Below are positions 1-10,204 of a stretch of 64,000 nt of DNA, piece by piece; positions within the stretch are counted from its first letter, which is position 1, and every line of letters starts with the position of its first letter. Made by a program: the position numbers and the translations under genes. The notes under the pieces are model-generated. The model was not told the origin of the DNA, did no database searches, and saw only the letters and a list, made by a program, of their open reading frames with translations. Source of the stretch: Desulfurococcaceae archaeon (GTDB lineage: Archaea; Thermoproteota; Thermoprotei_A; Sulfolobales; Desulfurococcaceae). The stretch lies in contig JBMFML010000002.1 of the NCBI GenBank assembly GCA_049970695.1, forward strand, positions 109,075 through 173,074. Reading direction: 5' to 3'.

Positions 1-276
1 GCCTTCTTCTCCAATAAAACTCCATGCCGTTTTCAAAACTTTTTTCAGAGCTTGAATATCCCCGTGTAGATCACCGATAAACGCCAGTGAAGGGTTGCCA
101 CTTACTTGGATAATCCCTGGAGCAACGTAATTGCTATGAGCAGGTGGCTTCTTGACAAACTCAACGGCGCGCTCAAGTAGCTGCTCGAAGAACTGAGGGC
201 TTTTAGAGGCAGTATAGGCGCTCTTGAAGACTTTCTCAATCTCGGAATCTAGCTCGCGAGTCTTAATACTCGACAC
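1..276 (-). CDS. Metallophosphoesterase / PPP-type phosphatase, N-terminal fragment (gene runs off the left edge)
   Basis: Not in the ORF track. The minus-strand frame is open from GTG at 276-274 (first codon after an in-frame TAG) to base 1. It reads VSSIKTRELDSEIEKVFKSAY...PSLAFIGDLHGDIQALKKVLKTAWSFIGEEG, and GDxHGD is metallophosphoesterase motif I. It overlaps the stop of 263..1174 by 14 nt. Confidence 0.55.
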   Translation of the reverse strand, partial: MSSIKTRELDSEIEKVFKSAYTASKSPQFFEQLLERAVEFVKKPPAHSNYVAPGIIQVSGNPSLAFIGDLHGDIQALKKVLKTAWSFIGEEG

Positions 277-1174
277 CTAGTACGTTATAGACGCCGTAGG
301 CAATATTACTAGTTTTCTTGTGAGCTCGCGTGGGGTCGGTGAACAGCTCGTAGTAGCCCCACGCGTGTGTAATTGCAACGAAAGGGGTTTTGCTAAATAG
401 TAGGATTTGCCACAAGTCGGCTATAAAGCCTGCTTCTACTAGGTTATTCAGCAGTAACATGAAATCGCTTTCGGAGGGCGCATAAGAGTGTAGTAGGAGG
501 AAGTCGTCTCCCCTAACCGCGTAGCGCTTCTTTACGCATTTATACACGTGCTTGTAGAAGTGTGTTCTAACATTAGGCAGACCTGTTCTCTGCTTAACCA
601 ATTCTAGTAAGTGCTTGGTTTTCGAAACTTCTGGTGTGATGGGGGGGTTAAATAAGCGGAAGAGTTCAACAGCTATCACGGCATCAACATCGCTACAGGG
701 GGTGCAGAAATCCGGCTTAGCAGCCTCAGTTAGCACTAGCTCCGGCTTTTCACCGCTTACGTATACTGGTACTAGGAGCCTGGAGACGGTATCGCAGAAC
801 TCTAACTTGCATAAGCTACTGTTTACGGCCTCCTCGACAACGTCTGCTTCCTCGTCGAGGTAGTAAATCTCAACTAGGTTCTTTGCGTATGAATAGTACT
901 TAGCTATCACGCGGAAATGCCCTTTCAGGCAGGGCTCTCCGACCTTCTGGTTGGCACTTAAAATAGCTACGGTGAGTCTTACTCCAAACGCGTTTAGCGG
1001 CACAACTAAATGCCTAGCAATCTTACCCCTTCTCATGTGCTTCCAAATCAAGCTTGATAACTTCGAGGCGGTTAAGCCTAGGATCTTAGATGCCTCGCCT
1101 AAGCTGTAGCCGGCGTTTAGCAATCTCACTGCTTTCGTTATCAGCAACAAGTCATTAGCCGGCAACCGAACCAC
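263..1174 (-). CDS. Hypothetical protein with N-terminal helix-turn-helix-like segment
   Basis: 303-aa ORF. The N-terminus GYSLGEASKILGLTASKLSSLI looks like an HTH; the remaining ~250 aa are not recognisable. The antisense ORF 615..863 is judged spurious. Confidence 0.6.
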   Translation of the reverse strand: MVRLPANDLLLITKAVRLLNAGYSLGEASKILGLTASKLSSLIWKHMRRGKIARHLVVPLNAFGVRLTVAILSANQKVGEPCLKGHFRVIAKYYSYAKNLVEIYYLDEEADVVEEAVNSSLCKLEFCDTVSRLLVPVYVSGEKPELVLTEAAKPDFCTPCSDVDAVIAVELFRLFNPPITPEVSKTKHLLELVKQRTGLPNVRTHFYKHVYKCVKKRYAVRGDDFLLLHSYAPSESDFMLLLNNLVEAGFIADLWQILLFSKTPFVAITHAWGYYELFTDPTRAHKKTSNIAYGVYNVLGVEY

Positions 1175-1444
1175 GTCGACCAGCGCTCTAGTACTTCTCC
1201 TCGCTTTAGGGAGTTAAGCTTTCCAACTTTGGTTCTCCATGAGCAGCTTTGCAGGCCACTCCTCCTAGCTACTTGCTGCTTAAACTGGCTGCTTACCAGA
1301 AGCAACTAAGCTACGTGTAAGGTTAGTGAGTCGTGCGAGGAGCTCAGCGGCTACCAAGTTGACATCACTACTCAGTAGCGGCCAAGGTTCAGCATTCCCA
1401 GGAAATCTGGAGTTGGGAGAGTTATTATGTTTGTTTCTGCGTAA

Positions 1445-1494
1445 TCAGCACGCTCGTGCGCAATCACTAGGTCATTAAACTATGTGCTCATCAT
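1445..1494 (-). ncRNA. Candidate C/D-box guide sRNA (50 nt)
   Basis: The minus strand reads AUGAUGA-GCACAUAGUUUA-AUGA-CCUA-GUGAUUG-CGCACGAGCGUG-CUGA. C and D boxes are perfect, D' and C' are degenerate, and both spacers are exactly 12 nt. It lies in the 387-bp gap between gatE and 263..1174. Confidence 0.5.
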
Positions 1495-1561
1495 GCGTGT
1501 GAAGCGCTCGGTCTAATGCCTTCTAATCACTGTTCATTGCCGGAGGCACTCCTCATCGCTG

Positions 1562-3487
1562 CTAGCCTATATTGAGAAGCTCCCTTAATTTGTTTTTCAC
1601 ACGATCGGCAACCACTTCTCCGTCTACTTTACCTCTGGCGTACTTCATTACCTCGCTCATCACTATAGAAAATGCTTTGTGGGGTCTTTCACGCAGCTTT
1701 GCTTCATTGTCTTTGATGACCCTTACTATCAGCGAGTCGAGCTCCTCTAAGCGGATCCTCTTCAAGCCCAGTGCTTCTATTGCGCTTGAGACGGTTGTAC
1801 CCGGATTCTTTGCCAGGTAGGCCAGCACGTCAGGTACGGCTTCTTTAGATATCACACCATCTCTTAAAGCCCTGATGACGTCCTCAATTACGTCTTCCCC
1901 TAGTTCATCGACTGGAACGCCCTCTCTTCTTAGTGCTGGAATAGTGTTTACGAGCATTGAGGCAATCACGGTGTAGGGTACTCTATCACCATACTTACCA
2001 GCCAAGTACTCATAGAAATCAAGCCTTAATTCATTTAGCAAGGCTACGGCCAGCTCCTTGCTTAGCTTGTGGACCTCTATTAGCTTCTTTAACTTGACAT
2101 CGGGGTGTTCGGGTACCAACTTATCAGCTTCGCTGAGAAGCTCGGGAGTTATGGCAATAGGCGGTATATCTGTCTCAGGGTACATTCGCGCAGCGCCAGG
2201 CCTGGGCCTCATGTACCTCGTGGTTCCATCCGGGTTGGAAGCGCGGGTTTCTTCGGGAACGCCGATAACCGCGTAGGCAGACCTCTCCGCGACCGCTCTA
2301 AGCGCTCTCTCTGCTTTAGACCTGTCATCAGCTACAATGACTATGGCGTCTCTTTCCGGGTTAGCCCCTGTGCTTGAATAGAGCTTCTCGACTTCTTCTG
2401 GCTTTATGCCATAGCCCGGTAATTCGTCTGTGTGAAAGATGCCCCCAACGCCTCCCCACACTCTCGCGTAGTCGCTGAGCTCCGTTCCAAATCGTCTGCC
2501 CGGCTGCACGGTTTTTCCCAGCAGCCCCTTGAACCCGGGTAAAACAAGGGCTAACACAGTACCGTTCGGCATACTAAAGGCTTTCTTGATAATCTTCGAT
2601 TCCGTGTCTTTGAAGACTTCGCCTACGTCGACAAACTCCGGCTTTATGTCTTCGGGTGCCACGTTTCTTTTTCGGAGCTCATCTCTTATTTCGAGGAGCT
2701 TCAGTTGTCGCTGAATTTCGTACTCGATTACCTTGGGTATTAGGTACAAGTGCTGTATACCTTTTATTTCTACTTTGGCTCCGCCAGCTATGCTTATGTT
2801 GAGGTCTTGCCTAATGCTACCAAGGCCTCTTTTGGCTTTTCCGGTTAGCCTGATGAGCTGTCCTATTTTCAAAGCTGTTTTTAGTGCGAGTTCTGGCGAG
2901 TCTATGTCGGGTGCTGTTGAAACCTCGATTAGTGGTATGCCCAGCCTGTCTAGGGAAAACCTGACTTCACCCTCTTGCTCACTTAGTTTCCTGGCTGCAT
3001 CTTCCTCGAGACACAGCGTTTGTATACCTATTCTTCTACCCTCGACTTCGATATAACCATTCAGAGCCACGAGCGCTGTTCTTTGAAAGCCACTAACGTT
3101 GCTACCATCGATTACGATTTTTCTCATTACGTGAACTTCGTCAACGATTTTCATGTGTAGAGCCTTTGCTACGGCAAGAGCTGTTAGGAGAGATTCGTGA
3201 TCGATCGCGTGAGGGGGCTCTTCGTCTGCCTCCACAAGGCATGATGCATCGAGGGGGGCTTGATACGCGTACGCCCTTCCACGCTTCCACTCGAATATAG
3301 CTGCCGGATCTACTTCGCCTGTTTCACTGCGCGCGGGTCTAAGATACCTCGTAAACCCTATCTGACCGGCTTCGCTCGACGATGTTGGACAGTGGCAAAA
3401 CAGCTTTCGTGCAGTATTCAGCTGGACGTGTATTTCAAGGCCTACTTTTAGTCCTAGCGAACTGTAGCTCATGCTCAATGAGGCCAC
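1562..3487 (-). CDS. gatE: Glutamyl-tRNA(Gln) amidotransferase subunit E
   Basis: 641 aa. The [21 protein letters not shown]-terminus and overall length are typical of archaeal GatE. It overlaps and follows gatD. Confidence 0.93.
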   Translation of the reverse strand: MASLSMSYSSLGLKVGLEIHVQLNTARKLFCHCPTSSSEAGQIGFTRYLRPARSETGEVDPAAIFEWKRGRAYAYQAPLDASCLVEADEEPPHAIDHESLLTALAVAKALHMKIVDEVHVMRKIVIDGSNVSGFQRTALVALNGYIEVEGRRIGIQTLCLEEDAARKLSEQEGEVRFSLDRLGIPLIEVSTAPDIDSPELALKTALKIGQLIRLTGKAKRGLGSIRQDLNISIAGGAKVEIKGIQHLYLIPKVIEYEIQRQLKLLEIRDELRKRNVAPEDIKPEFVDVGEVFKDTESKIIKKAFSMPNGTVLALVLPGFKGLLGKTVQPGRRFGTELSDYARVWGGVGGIFHTDELPGYGIKPEEVEKLYSSTGANPERDAIVIVADDRSKAERALRAVAERSAYAVIGVPEETRASNPDGTTRYMRPRPGAARMYPETDIPPIAITPELLSEADKLVPEHPDVKLKKLIEVHKLSKELAVALLNELRLDFYEYLAGKYGDRVPYTVIASMLVNTIPALRREGVPVDELGEDVIEDVIRALRDGVISKEAVPDVLAYLAKNPGTTVSSAIEALGLKRIRLEELDSLIVRVIKDNEAKLRERPHKAFSIVMSEVMKYARGKVDGEVVADRVKNKLRELLNIG

Positions 3488-4827
3488 CTCGGGTATAAGT
3501 CAGGAGTGTGTCTTTCACTTAACTCGCCAACCAGATTTGTCTCCATTACTCTCTTGACTTCTTTCAAGTCGCGAGTTACAGAGCCTAGAATCCAGGACAG
3601 CTTGACGTAAGCGGTTTCGGGGAGCATATCGTGCCCAGGAATAACACCTGCTTCAAGTAGCCTTCTACCAGTGCTGTAGACGTACATGTTTACTCTCCCA
3701 AAGAGGCATTGACTTGTCATGACTACTGGTATGCCCGAGTCGACAGCCCTCTTAATGGAGTCTACAAGTCTATTTGAAACGTGTCCCAGGCCCGTTCCCT
3801 CGAGAACTATTCCGTGGTAGCCTCTGTCTACCAAGTAGTCTATAATCTCGGAGCTCATGCCCGGGTAGAACTTCACGAGAGCAACTTTTTCGTCGAACTT
3901 TGCCTTCAAATTGGGCACTTTCTCGCCGCGGTATTCGTAAATCTTGCCAGTTATGGTAATTTCGCGCCTAACGACGTTCACCAGCGCTATTGGCTTGTCA
4001 TTTATTGACTGGAAGGCGTCTCTACGGCTTGTGTGCATTTTTCTCGCCCTCACGCCTCTGTGTACGGCCATTACTTCATCGGATAGAGATGCATGCATCG
4101 TTATCACAGACTCTGCAAACGGCGCTTTAGCGGCAACTAAAATGGCGGCAATGAGGTTTGTGGCGGCATCTGTGCTTGGCCTATCACTACTCCTCTGGGC
4201 ACCCACAAACACTATTGGAACAGGTTTGTTCTGTACGGCAAAAGCCAGGGCTGCAGCCGAATAAGCCATGGTGTCCGTTCCGTGCGCTACTACAACACCT
4301 GCTACACCGCTCACAACGTCTCTGTATACTTCTACTGCTATTTTCTCCCAGAGCGCCGGCGTCATGTCTTCGCTAAAAATACTCATTACTTCTCTAACTG
4401 AGAGCACTGCTATTTCTCCTATTTCAGGAATCCACTCAGTTATTTCCTCGGGCTTAAGCGCAGGAGTTACTGCACCTGTTTCGTAATCTACTTTTGATGC
4501 TATAGTTCCACCAGTGCTTATCAGTGAGATGTAAGGGAGGGTACCTGGAGTGAGCATCGAGGGTGCCCTGCTCCCTCTTTTTTGCTCGCCGCGCTTGCCT
4601 AACAATTCTATGGACTCTATTCTTGACACATCAATACCCACGTTGTAGCCGTTTTCTAGCTTTATCACAAGTATTCTAGGGCTCTCGTAGAGCTGAGGTC
4701 TTGGCATTAATATTCCTTCTAGTGTGGTTCCATCTCTGAACCTTACGAGTATTCTGTCGCCGGGCTCTATGCGCTTATGTGCGAGGTGCTCTGCAAGACT
4801 ACCCGTGTATCCGTAGTAAATTAGCAT
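3475..4827 (-). CDS. gatD: Glutamyl-tRNA(Gln) amidotransferase subunit D
   Basis: 450 aa with an asparaginase-like domain carrying the STGGTIAS and HGTDTM motifs. It overlaps gatE by 13 nt. Confidence 0.93.
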   Translation of the reverse strand: MLIYYGYTGSLAEHLAHKRIEPGDRILVRFRDGTTLEGILMPRPQLYESPRILVIKLENGYNVGIDVSRIESIELLGKRGEQKRGSRAPSMLTPGTLPYISLISTGGTIASKVDYETGAVTPALKPEEITEWIPEIGEIAVLSVREVMSIFSEDMTPALWEKIAVEVYRDVVSGVAGVVVAHGTDTMAYSAAALAFAVQNKPVPIVFVGAQRSSDRPSTDAATNLIAAILVAAKAPFAESVITMHASLSDEVMAVHRGVRARKMHTSRRDAFQSINDKPIALVNVVRREITITGKIYEYRGEKVPNLKAKFDEKVALVKFYPGMSSEIIDYLVDRGYHGIVLEGTGLGHVSNRLVDSIKRAVDSGIPVVMTSQCLFGRVNMYVYSTGRRLLEAGVIPGHDMLPETAYVKLSWILGSVTRDLKEVKRVMETNLVGELSERHTPDLYPRWPH

Positions 4828-4952
4828 GAAGGCACCGTACTGTTAGTAACCACTAGGGGGATAAATAGAATAATCAATGATAAGGTAAAGTTGCAACCTA
4901 GTGTTTTTAGTGTTTTTGAGCAATTTCTATCTTTTAAGAACAAGTTGTAAAA

Positions 4953-5117
4953 CTAGAGCGGGGCTTCCGCGGCCTCAGTCTTTGCGCTAACAAACCTTCT
5001 AACGTATTCTACTCTATTCCTGACCCTAGGCGGCTTATTCTTCTTAGGCTTTGGAGGTATCTTGGGCGTCTGGCTCCTGACTTTTCCTGCCTTCGTGAGC
5101 GAGCCGTGGGTTGGCAT
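4953..5117 (-). CDS. rps30e: 30S ribosomal protein S30e (eS30)
   Basis: Below the ORF-track size cut-off. ATG at 5117-5115, TAG at 4955-4953, 54 aa: [54 protein letters not shown]. The [14 protein letters not shown] signature matches eS30. Confidence 0.85.
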   Translation of the reverse strand: MPTHGSLTKAGKVRSQTPKIPPKPKKNKPPRVRNRVEYVRRFVSAKTEAAEAPL

Positions 5118-5181
5118 TTATAAGCACCCACTTACAGCATAGTGTGAAAGCGGTACTTAAAATATTTTACTGCAGAAAAAC

Positions 5182-5188
5182 TTTAAAT
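5182..5188 (+). promoter_or_regulatory. TATA-box-like element upstream of nop5
   Basis: TTTAAAT lies about 26 nt upstream of the ATG at 5208. This suggests a leaderless transcript starting at 5208 rather than at the TTG at 5202. Confidence 0.4.
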
Positions 5189-5201
5189 CTAGAGGCCGGG
5201 T

Positions 5202-6419
5202 TTGAGCATGCAAAGTAAAGTCTACATCGTTGAAACCCCCATTGGCGTAATCGCTGTTGACGGTAAGAGCCAGTTAGTAGAGTTTGTCCCAGCACCTTCG
5301 AGGCTAGACGATCTTGTCGAATACCTCATAAGCATTGAAAAGGGAGATGTGACAAAACAGCACGAGGAGCTCTTTACAAAGCTTAAGGAAAAAAACATGG
5401 TTAACGTAGTAACAGAACATTACTCAACAGCGAAAATAGCATCGCAGCTAGGACTGAGCCCAGAGGTCTTGCCCGGCAACGAGCCTGCTTTAGCGGTTAG
5501 GAAAAACCTCGCTGAGCTCGCAGTAAGGCTTAACTTTGCCAAAACGCCTGAAGAGTTCTACGAAAAGCTCCATGAAATAATGCTTGAATACGCGAGGAGG
5601 AAACTGAGAAGAGAAGCGCAAAAGAGAGACTTACTGGCAGTGCAAGCTATTCGCGCAATAGACGACATAGATAGAACAATAAACCTATACATTGCAAGGC
5701 TGAGGGAGTGGTATAGCCTTCACTTCCCTGAACTCGACGAACTGGTAAAAGACCACGAGAAGTATGCGAGGCTAGTGCACGAATTAAAGGATAGGTCGAA
5801 CTTTACGAGAGAGAACTTAAGGAAACTCGGCATTTCAGAGACCGACGCCGAGAAAATAGAAGAGGCGGCTAAGTCCAGCATTGGTGCTGAGTTGAGCGAC
5901 TTCGACTTGGAGCATATTTCAACGCTTGCTGGTATAATACTAGACCTCTACAGTCTTAGAGAGGTACTGGAAAAGTATATTGATGCGGTAATGAAGGAGG
6001 TGGCGCCAAACATAGTAGCGCTCGTAGGTCCTAAACTAGGTGCGAGGCTCCTAAGCCTTGCTGGTGGCCTCGAAAAACTCGCAAAGTTGCCAGCAAGCAC
6101 TATACAAGTACTTGGAGCAGAGAAGGCCTTATTTAGAGCCTTGAGGACTGGTGGTAAGCCGCCGAAGCACGGAGTAATCTTCCAGCACCCTGCAATACAC
6201 AGGAGTCCGAGGTGGCAGAGAGGTAAAATAGCTAGAGCACTTGCAGCAAAACTCGCCATAGCTGCAAAAGTAGACTACTTCACTGGCAAGTTCATAGGCG
6301 ACAAGCTAGTCGAAGAATTCCAGGCAAGAGTAGAAGAGGTCAAGAAGCTGTATCCCAAGCCACCGCCAAAGACCAAGCAGCCAACAGAAAAACCCACTAA
6401 GAAGAAAGAAAAGAAGTAG
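5202..6419 (+). CDS. nop5: C/D-box sRNP core protein Nop5 (Nop56/58)
   Basis: 405 aa with Nop-domain motifs (SLHFPEL, GAEKALFRAL, PKHGVIFQHP) and a lysine-rich C-terminal tail. Directly upstream of fibrillarin. ATG at 5208 is an alternative start. Confidence 0.93.
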   Translation: MSMQSKVYIVETPIGVIAVDGKSQLVEFVPAPSRLDDLVEYLISIEKGDVTKQHEELFTKLKEKNMVNVVTEHYSTAKIASQLGLSPEVLPGNEPALAVRKNLAELAVRLNFAKTPEEFYEKLHEIMLEYARRKLRREAQKRDLLAVQAIRAIDDIDRTINLYIARLREWYSLHFPELDELVKDHEKYARLVHELKDRSNFTRENLRKLGISETDAEKIEEAAKSSIGAELSDFDLEHISTLAGIILDLYSLREVLEKYIDAVMKEVAPNIVALVGPKLGARLLSLAGGLEKLAKLPASTIQVLGAEKALFRALRTGGKPPKHGVIFQHPAIHRSPRWQRGKIARALAAKLAIAAKVDYFTGKFIGDKLVEEFQARVEEVKKLYPKPPPKTKQPTEKPTKKKEKK

Positions 6420-6431
6420 GGGGCTTGCCAC

Positions 6432-7136
6432 ATGAGCTCTGTTATAAGTGTTAAACCCCACGAGAAGTACTACGGCGTCTACGTTGCCGAATTCGAAGAC
6501 GGCAGCATGAGGCTTGCAACGAAAAACCTGGTACCAGGTCACAGGGTTTACGGAGAGAGGCTCTTCAGAGTCGAGGGAGTGGAGTACAGAGAGTGGAACG
6601 CTTTTAGGAGCAAGCTAGCCGCGGCACTGCTAAATGGGCTCGAAGAACAGCCAATTAGAGAAGGGCATGCAATACTATACCTCGGAGTAGCCTCTGGTAC
6701 TACTGCAAGCCACATTTCTGACATAGTGGGTCCCCGCGGCAGAATATATGGAGTCGACATTGCACCAAGAGTCCTGCGCGAGTTTCTGCTAGTAGCCGAT
6801 GTCAGGAAAAACCTCTTCCCAATACTCGGTGATGCTAGAAAGCCGCAGGAATATAGGCACGTAGTCGAGCTCGTAGACGGGATATACGCTGACATAGCAC
6901 AGCCCGAGCAAGCGGCAATAGTAGCTGACAACGCGGACATGTTCCTCGCCGAGGGCGGGTACCTCCTTCTAGCAATTAAGGCTAGAAGCATTGACGTGAC
7001 TAAAGAGCCGAGCGAGATTTACAAGAGAGAAATAAACACTCTCAGAGACCGCGGATTTGAGATAGTAGATGTAGTTCACTTAGAGCCCTACGATAAGGAT
7101 CACGCAATGATATACGCGAGGTTTCGCAAAAAGTAG
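6432..7136 (+). CDS. flpA: Fibrillarin-like rRNA/tRNA 2'-O-methyltransferase
   Basis: 234 aa with the SAM-binding motif [20 protein letters not shown]. Canonical nop5-flpA pairing. Confidence 0.95.
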   Translation: MSSVISVKPHEKYYGVYVAEFEDGSMRLATKNLVPGHRVYGERLFRVEGVEYREWNAFRSKLAAALLNGLEEQPIREGHAILYLGVASGTTASHISDIVGPRGRIYGVDIAPRVLREFLLVADVRKNLFPILGDARKPQEYRHVVELVDGIYADIAQPEQAAIVADNADMFLAEGGYLLLAIKARSIDVTKEPSEIYKREINTLRDRGFEIVDVVHLEPYDKDHAMIYARFRKK

Positions 7137-7167
7137 CTGAGCACATTTACTTCTGCGGGAATCCTGC

Positions 7168-8061
7168 TTGGATCCCGATAGGAGCGCTCAAGAGCCGCTG
7201 ATAGAGGAAGTAGCAAAGACCGTGAGGAGAGCGGGTGGACTAGTCGATATTATCTCTTACCCTTCAGCAAATAGAAGCGTAGACCTAGTAGTATCCGCGG
7301 GAGAAGAAAAAATATTCTTAAAAGTAACGCATGATCTGAAGTCCATTAGCAGGACCGAGGCCGAAGACCTGATCAAGGCGGAAAAAGCATATAGTGTTGC
7401 AACGGCTGTAATTGCAACTAAAAATCACGAAAAAGAGCTAGAGGACGACGTCGTTTATTATAAGCAGAACATAAAAGCCTTAACACCCAAAACCCTCGAG
7501 AAGTACCTGAGAGGAGAGAAACCAATAGTTGCCTCAATAAAGGGTAATTACGTGTTAAAAATCAACCCAGAGAGGTTCAGGAAAAAACGGCTAGAACACG
7601 GCTATAGTAGAGGAGAGCTTGCAAGGCTCTTGGGTGTTACTAGCAAAGCTATATACATGTACGAAAGAGGTGAGATGTTCATATCGCTGGAAAAGGCCCT
7701 TACCCTCGCTTCGCTACTTGGAGAAGACATTTTCGAAGAGCTCTCGCTCTCAAAGCTCGAGACAGCTTCAACGATTAAACCATGTATTCCGAGAGACGGC
7801 CTCGAGAGGCTCATATACAGCTTGGCAACTTCTTTTGAACGCGAATTTCTAAACTTCAATAAAATACCAATAGACGCCGTAGTCAAGACGGCGCAGCCGA
7901 TTTCTATTGTAAAGAAAACCAGTAATGACGTTAAAGAAAAGCTGGAAAACGCCGAGAAAATCGCGAGCAGGGTTAGAACCGAGATAGTAGTTGTTGAAGG
8001 CCCCAGAGACTTAGAAAGGCTTAGAGAGCTAATAGTTAGAGCAAGCAGTCAGCAGTACTAG
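7168..8061 (+). CDS. Conserved archaeal XRE-type HTH protein
   Basis: 297 aa with a central HTH_3-like segment RLEHGYSRGELARLLGVTSKAIYMYERGE. The N- and C-terminal domains are not recognised. Confidence 0.7.
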   Translation: MDPDRSAQEPLIEEVAKTVRRAGGLVDIISYPSANRSVDLVVSAGEEKIFLKVTHDLKSISRTEAEDLIKAEKAYSVATAVIATKNHEKELEDDVVYYKQNIKALTPKTLEKYLRGEKPIVASIKGNYVLKINPERFRKKRLEHGYSRGELARLLGVTSKAIYMYERGEMFISLEKALTLASLLGEDIFEELSLSKLETASTIKPCIPRDGLERLIYSLATSFEREFLNFNKIPIDAVVKTAQPISIVKKTSNDVKEKLENAEKIASRVRTEIVVVEGPRDLERLRELIVRASSQQY

Positions 8062-8074
8062 TGGTTGTAGCTGA

Positions 8075-8611
8075 ATGTATAGGCTAGTGATAACCGGAAG
8101 GCCTGGTATTGGTAAATCAACATTATTTAATGCCATAGTAGCAGCGCTTAAATCGGAAAACTACGTTGTAGGAGGCTTCATAGCCCCGGAAGTGAGGCAT
8201 CAGGGAGCTAGAATAGGCTTCAAGGTAGTTGACCTCGCGAGTGGCGAAGAAGCCTGGCTCGCTATGAAAGGCTCGGATAGCAAAGTACGCGTTGGCTCCT
8301 ACGGAGTACTTATCAACGAAGCTTCTAAGCTTGTTGAAAAAGCCCTTAGATATGCCATTGAAAAAGCAGATGTAATAGCAGTAGATGAAGTAGGACCTAT
8401 GGAGCTCAAGTTGCCTGTTTTTAAACCGCTCCTATTAGAAGCTCTCAGGTCTCAAAAGCCGGCTATTTTAGTGGTTCACATTAAGCTCAATGACCCAGAC
8501 ATACTCTCCTATCTTAAAAACGCGAAAAAAGTAGTGCTCACGCTTGAGAACAGGGAAATGTACAGGAGGACTTTACCAATGGAGGTCTTAAACGAGCTTA
8601 AAAGACCCTAA
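8075..8611 (+). CDS. P-loop nucleoside-triphosphatase (THEP1-like)
   Basis: 178 aa with Walker A GRPGIGKST and Walker B VIAVDEVGPME. The size is typical of the THEP1 family. Confidence 0.8.
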   Translation: MYRLVITGRPGIGKSTLFNAIVAALKSENYVVGGFIAPEVRHQGARIGFKVVDLASGEEAWLAMKGSDSKVRVGSYGVLINEASKLVEKALRYAIEKADVIAVDEVGPMELKLPVFKPLLLEALRSQKPAILVVHIKLNDPDILSYLKNAKKVVLTLENREMYRRTLPMEVLNELKRP

Positions 8612-8930
8612 TGACCCGGTAGAGCCTGCTTTCAACGTCCTCGCAGGAGACATCCTTTATTAAAACCTTCTTCAAACGCTCGCGAACACCATATACTATG
8701 TCTACCCTAGAAGAGGGCACATTAAGTGCTCGCGAGAGGTATCCAACTAGTGCGGCATTGCCCTTACTAGCAATTGGGGCGTTAGTTCTAAAAATCAGGT
8801 CATCGCTTTCAATCGTCAAGTACGTACCTGAGGGGTCTTCTTCGATTTTTACTGTGAGGATACAGCCCTCAGAGGAGTCCTCGATATTCTTCCTAATAGC
8901 TTGCAGAATGTATTGGCGGGGGTCGGACAC
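8598..8930 (-). CDS. DUF167 (YggU-like) protein
   Basis: 110 aa. The pattern APIASKGNAALVGYLSRALNVPSSRVDIVYG resembles the ApP..GkAN..l..fLa core of YggU. Confidence 0.55.
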   Translation of the reverse strand: MSDPRQYILQAIRKNIEDSSEGCILTVKIEEDPSGTYLTIESDDLIFRTNAPIASKGNAALVGYLSRALNVPSSRVDIVYGVRERLKKVLIKDVSCEDVESRLYRVIRVF

Positions 8931-8983
8931 CCAAAGCCCCCACTCTACTTATGATCCGTTTAGCTAAATATACTAAAACCGCT

Positions 8984-10192
8984 TCAAGACGCGTGCCGGA
9001 CTGCGTGCTTGATGGCTTCAACCAGCTCGGCGTAGGACGTAGCCACTCTTATGCCTCTCGAATCCATGTGTGTTCGCGAGCACTTTATGCCCTTAGACTT
9101 CAGCACTTCTAGGAGTGAGCTTAGCTTAGGCATGTTTATACCAATAGCGCTGCAGAGCTTGTCGAGCCTATAGTAGGGTTGTTCTATATCAGCTTCCTGG
9201 CTCAGTAGCTTGACTATCCTCACAGTTTCTTCAACAAGCCAGGGAGTTTTATCGATGGTTTTTAGAAGATGCTTTGCAGCATCAGGGTCTTGTACGTTGC
9301 AAATCCACGTAGGACCCAGTAGCAGGGGCCTCGAGCCGCTCGAACACCTTAGATCGCTTACTTCAAAGGGGTCCTCGGCAAGACCCCTTTCAAGCGTGTC
9401 ACTGCAATACCAGAGATATCCTATACACCTACTAACTACCCTGTAAGCACCACTGGCCCCTCTATGGGCCCTGAAGAACACTCTGACGTAGTGCTTGTGG
9501 GCTATCGAAATTACCGGATGTAGCTCTATTTCGAGAGCCGATGCCCTCAGAACAGTGTTTGCCACTAGGAGCCTGATAGCGTACTCCTTTTCAAAGTCTA
9601 CTTTTACGCACTTATTCCAGTACCTCGAAGCCGCTTTGTGGGGGTGTGTGCAGGAGAGCGACGCGACATCCGTTGCCGTCACTCCTAGGAACGCCTCTTT
9701 TCCCATAGGTTTAAACGCCGAATCTAGGAAAGGCGAGGGAGAGCCGTAGGGGTCTATGTCCACGTAATCCACGTAGGCTCCTGAGAGAGCCAAGTTGTTC
9801 AAGAGAGTGTTTGCTTCGGAGTTGTAAGCCTCGAGCCTCTCGCCGAGCCTGTTTAGCTCGATGTTCTTCCTGATATAGTAAGCTGCTCTGGCATCGACGT
9901 CATTTAGTATTCCATGCCCCCCAACTTCGAGACCTATTCTAATGCCCCTAACGCCTGTGCCTGCGAGCGCGTCAACAAAGAAAAAGTCTTTGTCTCGGAA
10001 GACGGACTTGAGGAAGAGAACCGTGAAGTCTCTGCTAACCACGGCCTCAGGATTGTAGAAAACAGGCATCCACGCTGGTTCAAGCTTCCCGTTAGGGCGC
10101 TTGTAGAGCTCAGGGTTTGGAGCAATTATCTTGGCTAAGCCTTCATGGATCACCACTTCTCTGCCCAAGATTTTGACCAAGCCCGACTCCAC
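8984..10192 (-). CDS. trm1: tRNA (guanine(26)-N2)-dimethyltransferase
   Basis: 402 aa with a GTG start. The VFYNPEAVVSRD and DALAGTGVRGIR motifs are typical of Trm1. Confidence 0.88.
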   Translation of the reverse strand: MESGLVKILGREVVIHEGLAKIIAPNPELYKRPNGKLEPAWMPVFYNPEAVVSRDFTVLFLKSVFRDKDFFFVDALAGTGVRGIRIGLEVGGHGILNDVDARAAYYIRKNIELNRLGERLEAYNSEANTLLNNLALSGAYVDYVDIDPYGSPSPFLDSAFKPMGKEAFLGVTATDVASLSCTHPHKAASRYWNKCVKVDFEKEYAIRLLVANTVLRASALEIELHPVISIAHKHYVRVFFRAHRGASGAYRVVSRCIGYLWYCSDTLERGLAEDPFEVSDLRCSSGSRPLLLGPTWICNVQDPDAAKHLLKTIDKTPWLVEETVRIVKLLSQEADIEQPYYRLDKLCSAIGINMPKLSSLLEVLKSKGIKCSRTHMDSRGIRVATSYAELVEAIKHAVRHAS

Positions 10193-10204
10193 CCTGTTGC
10201 GGCG

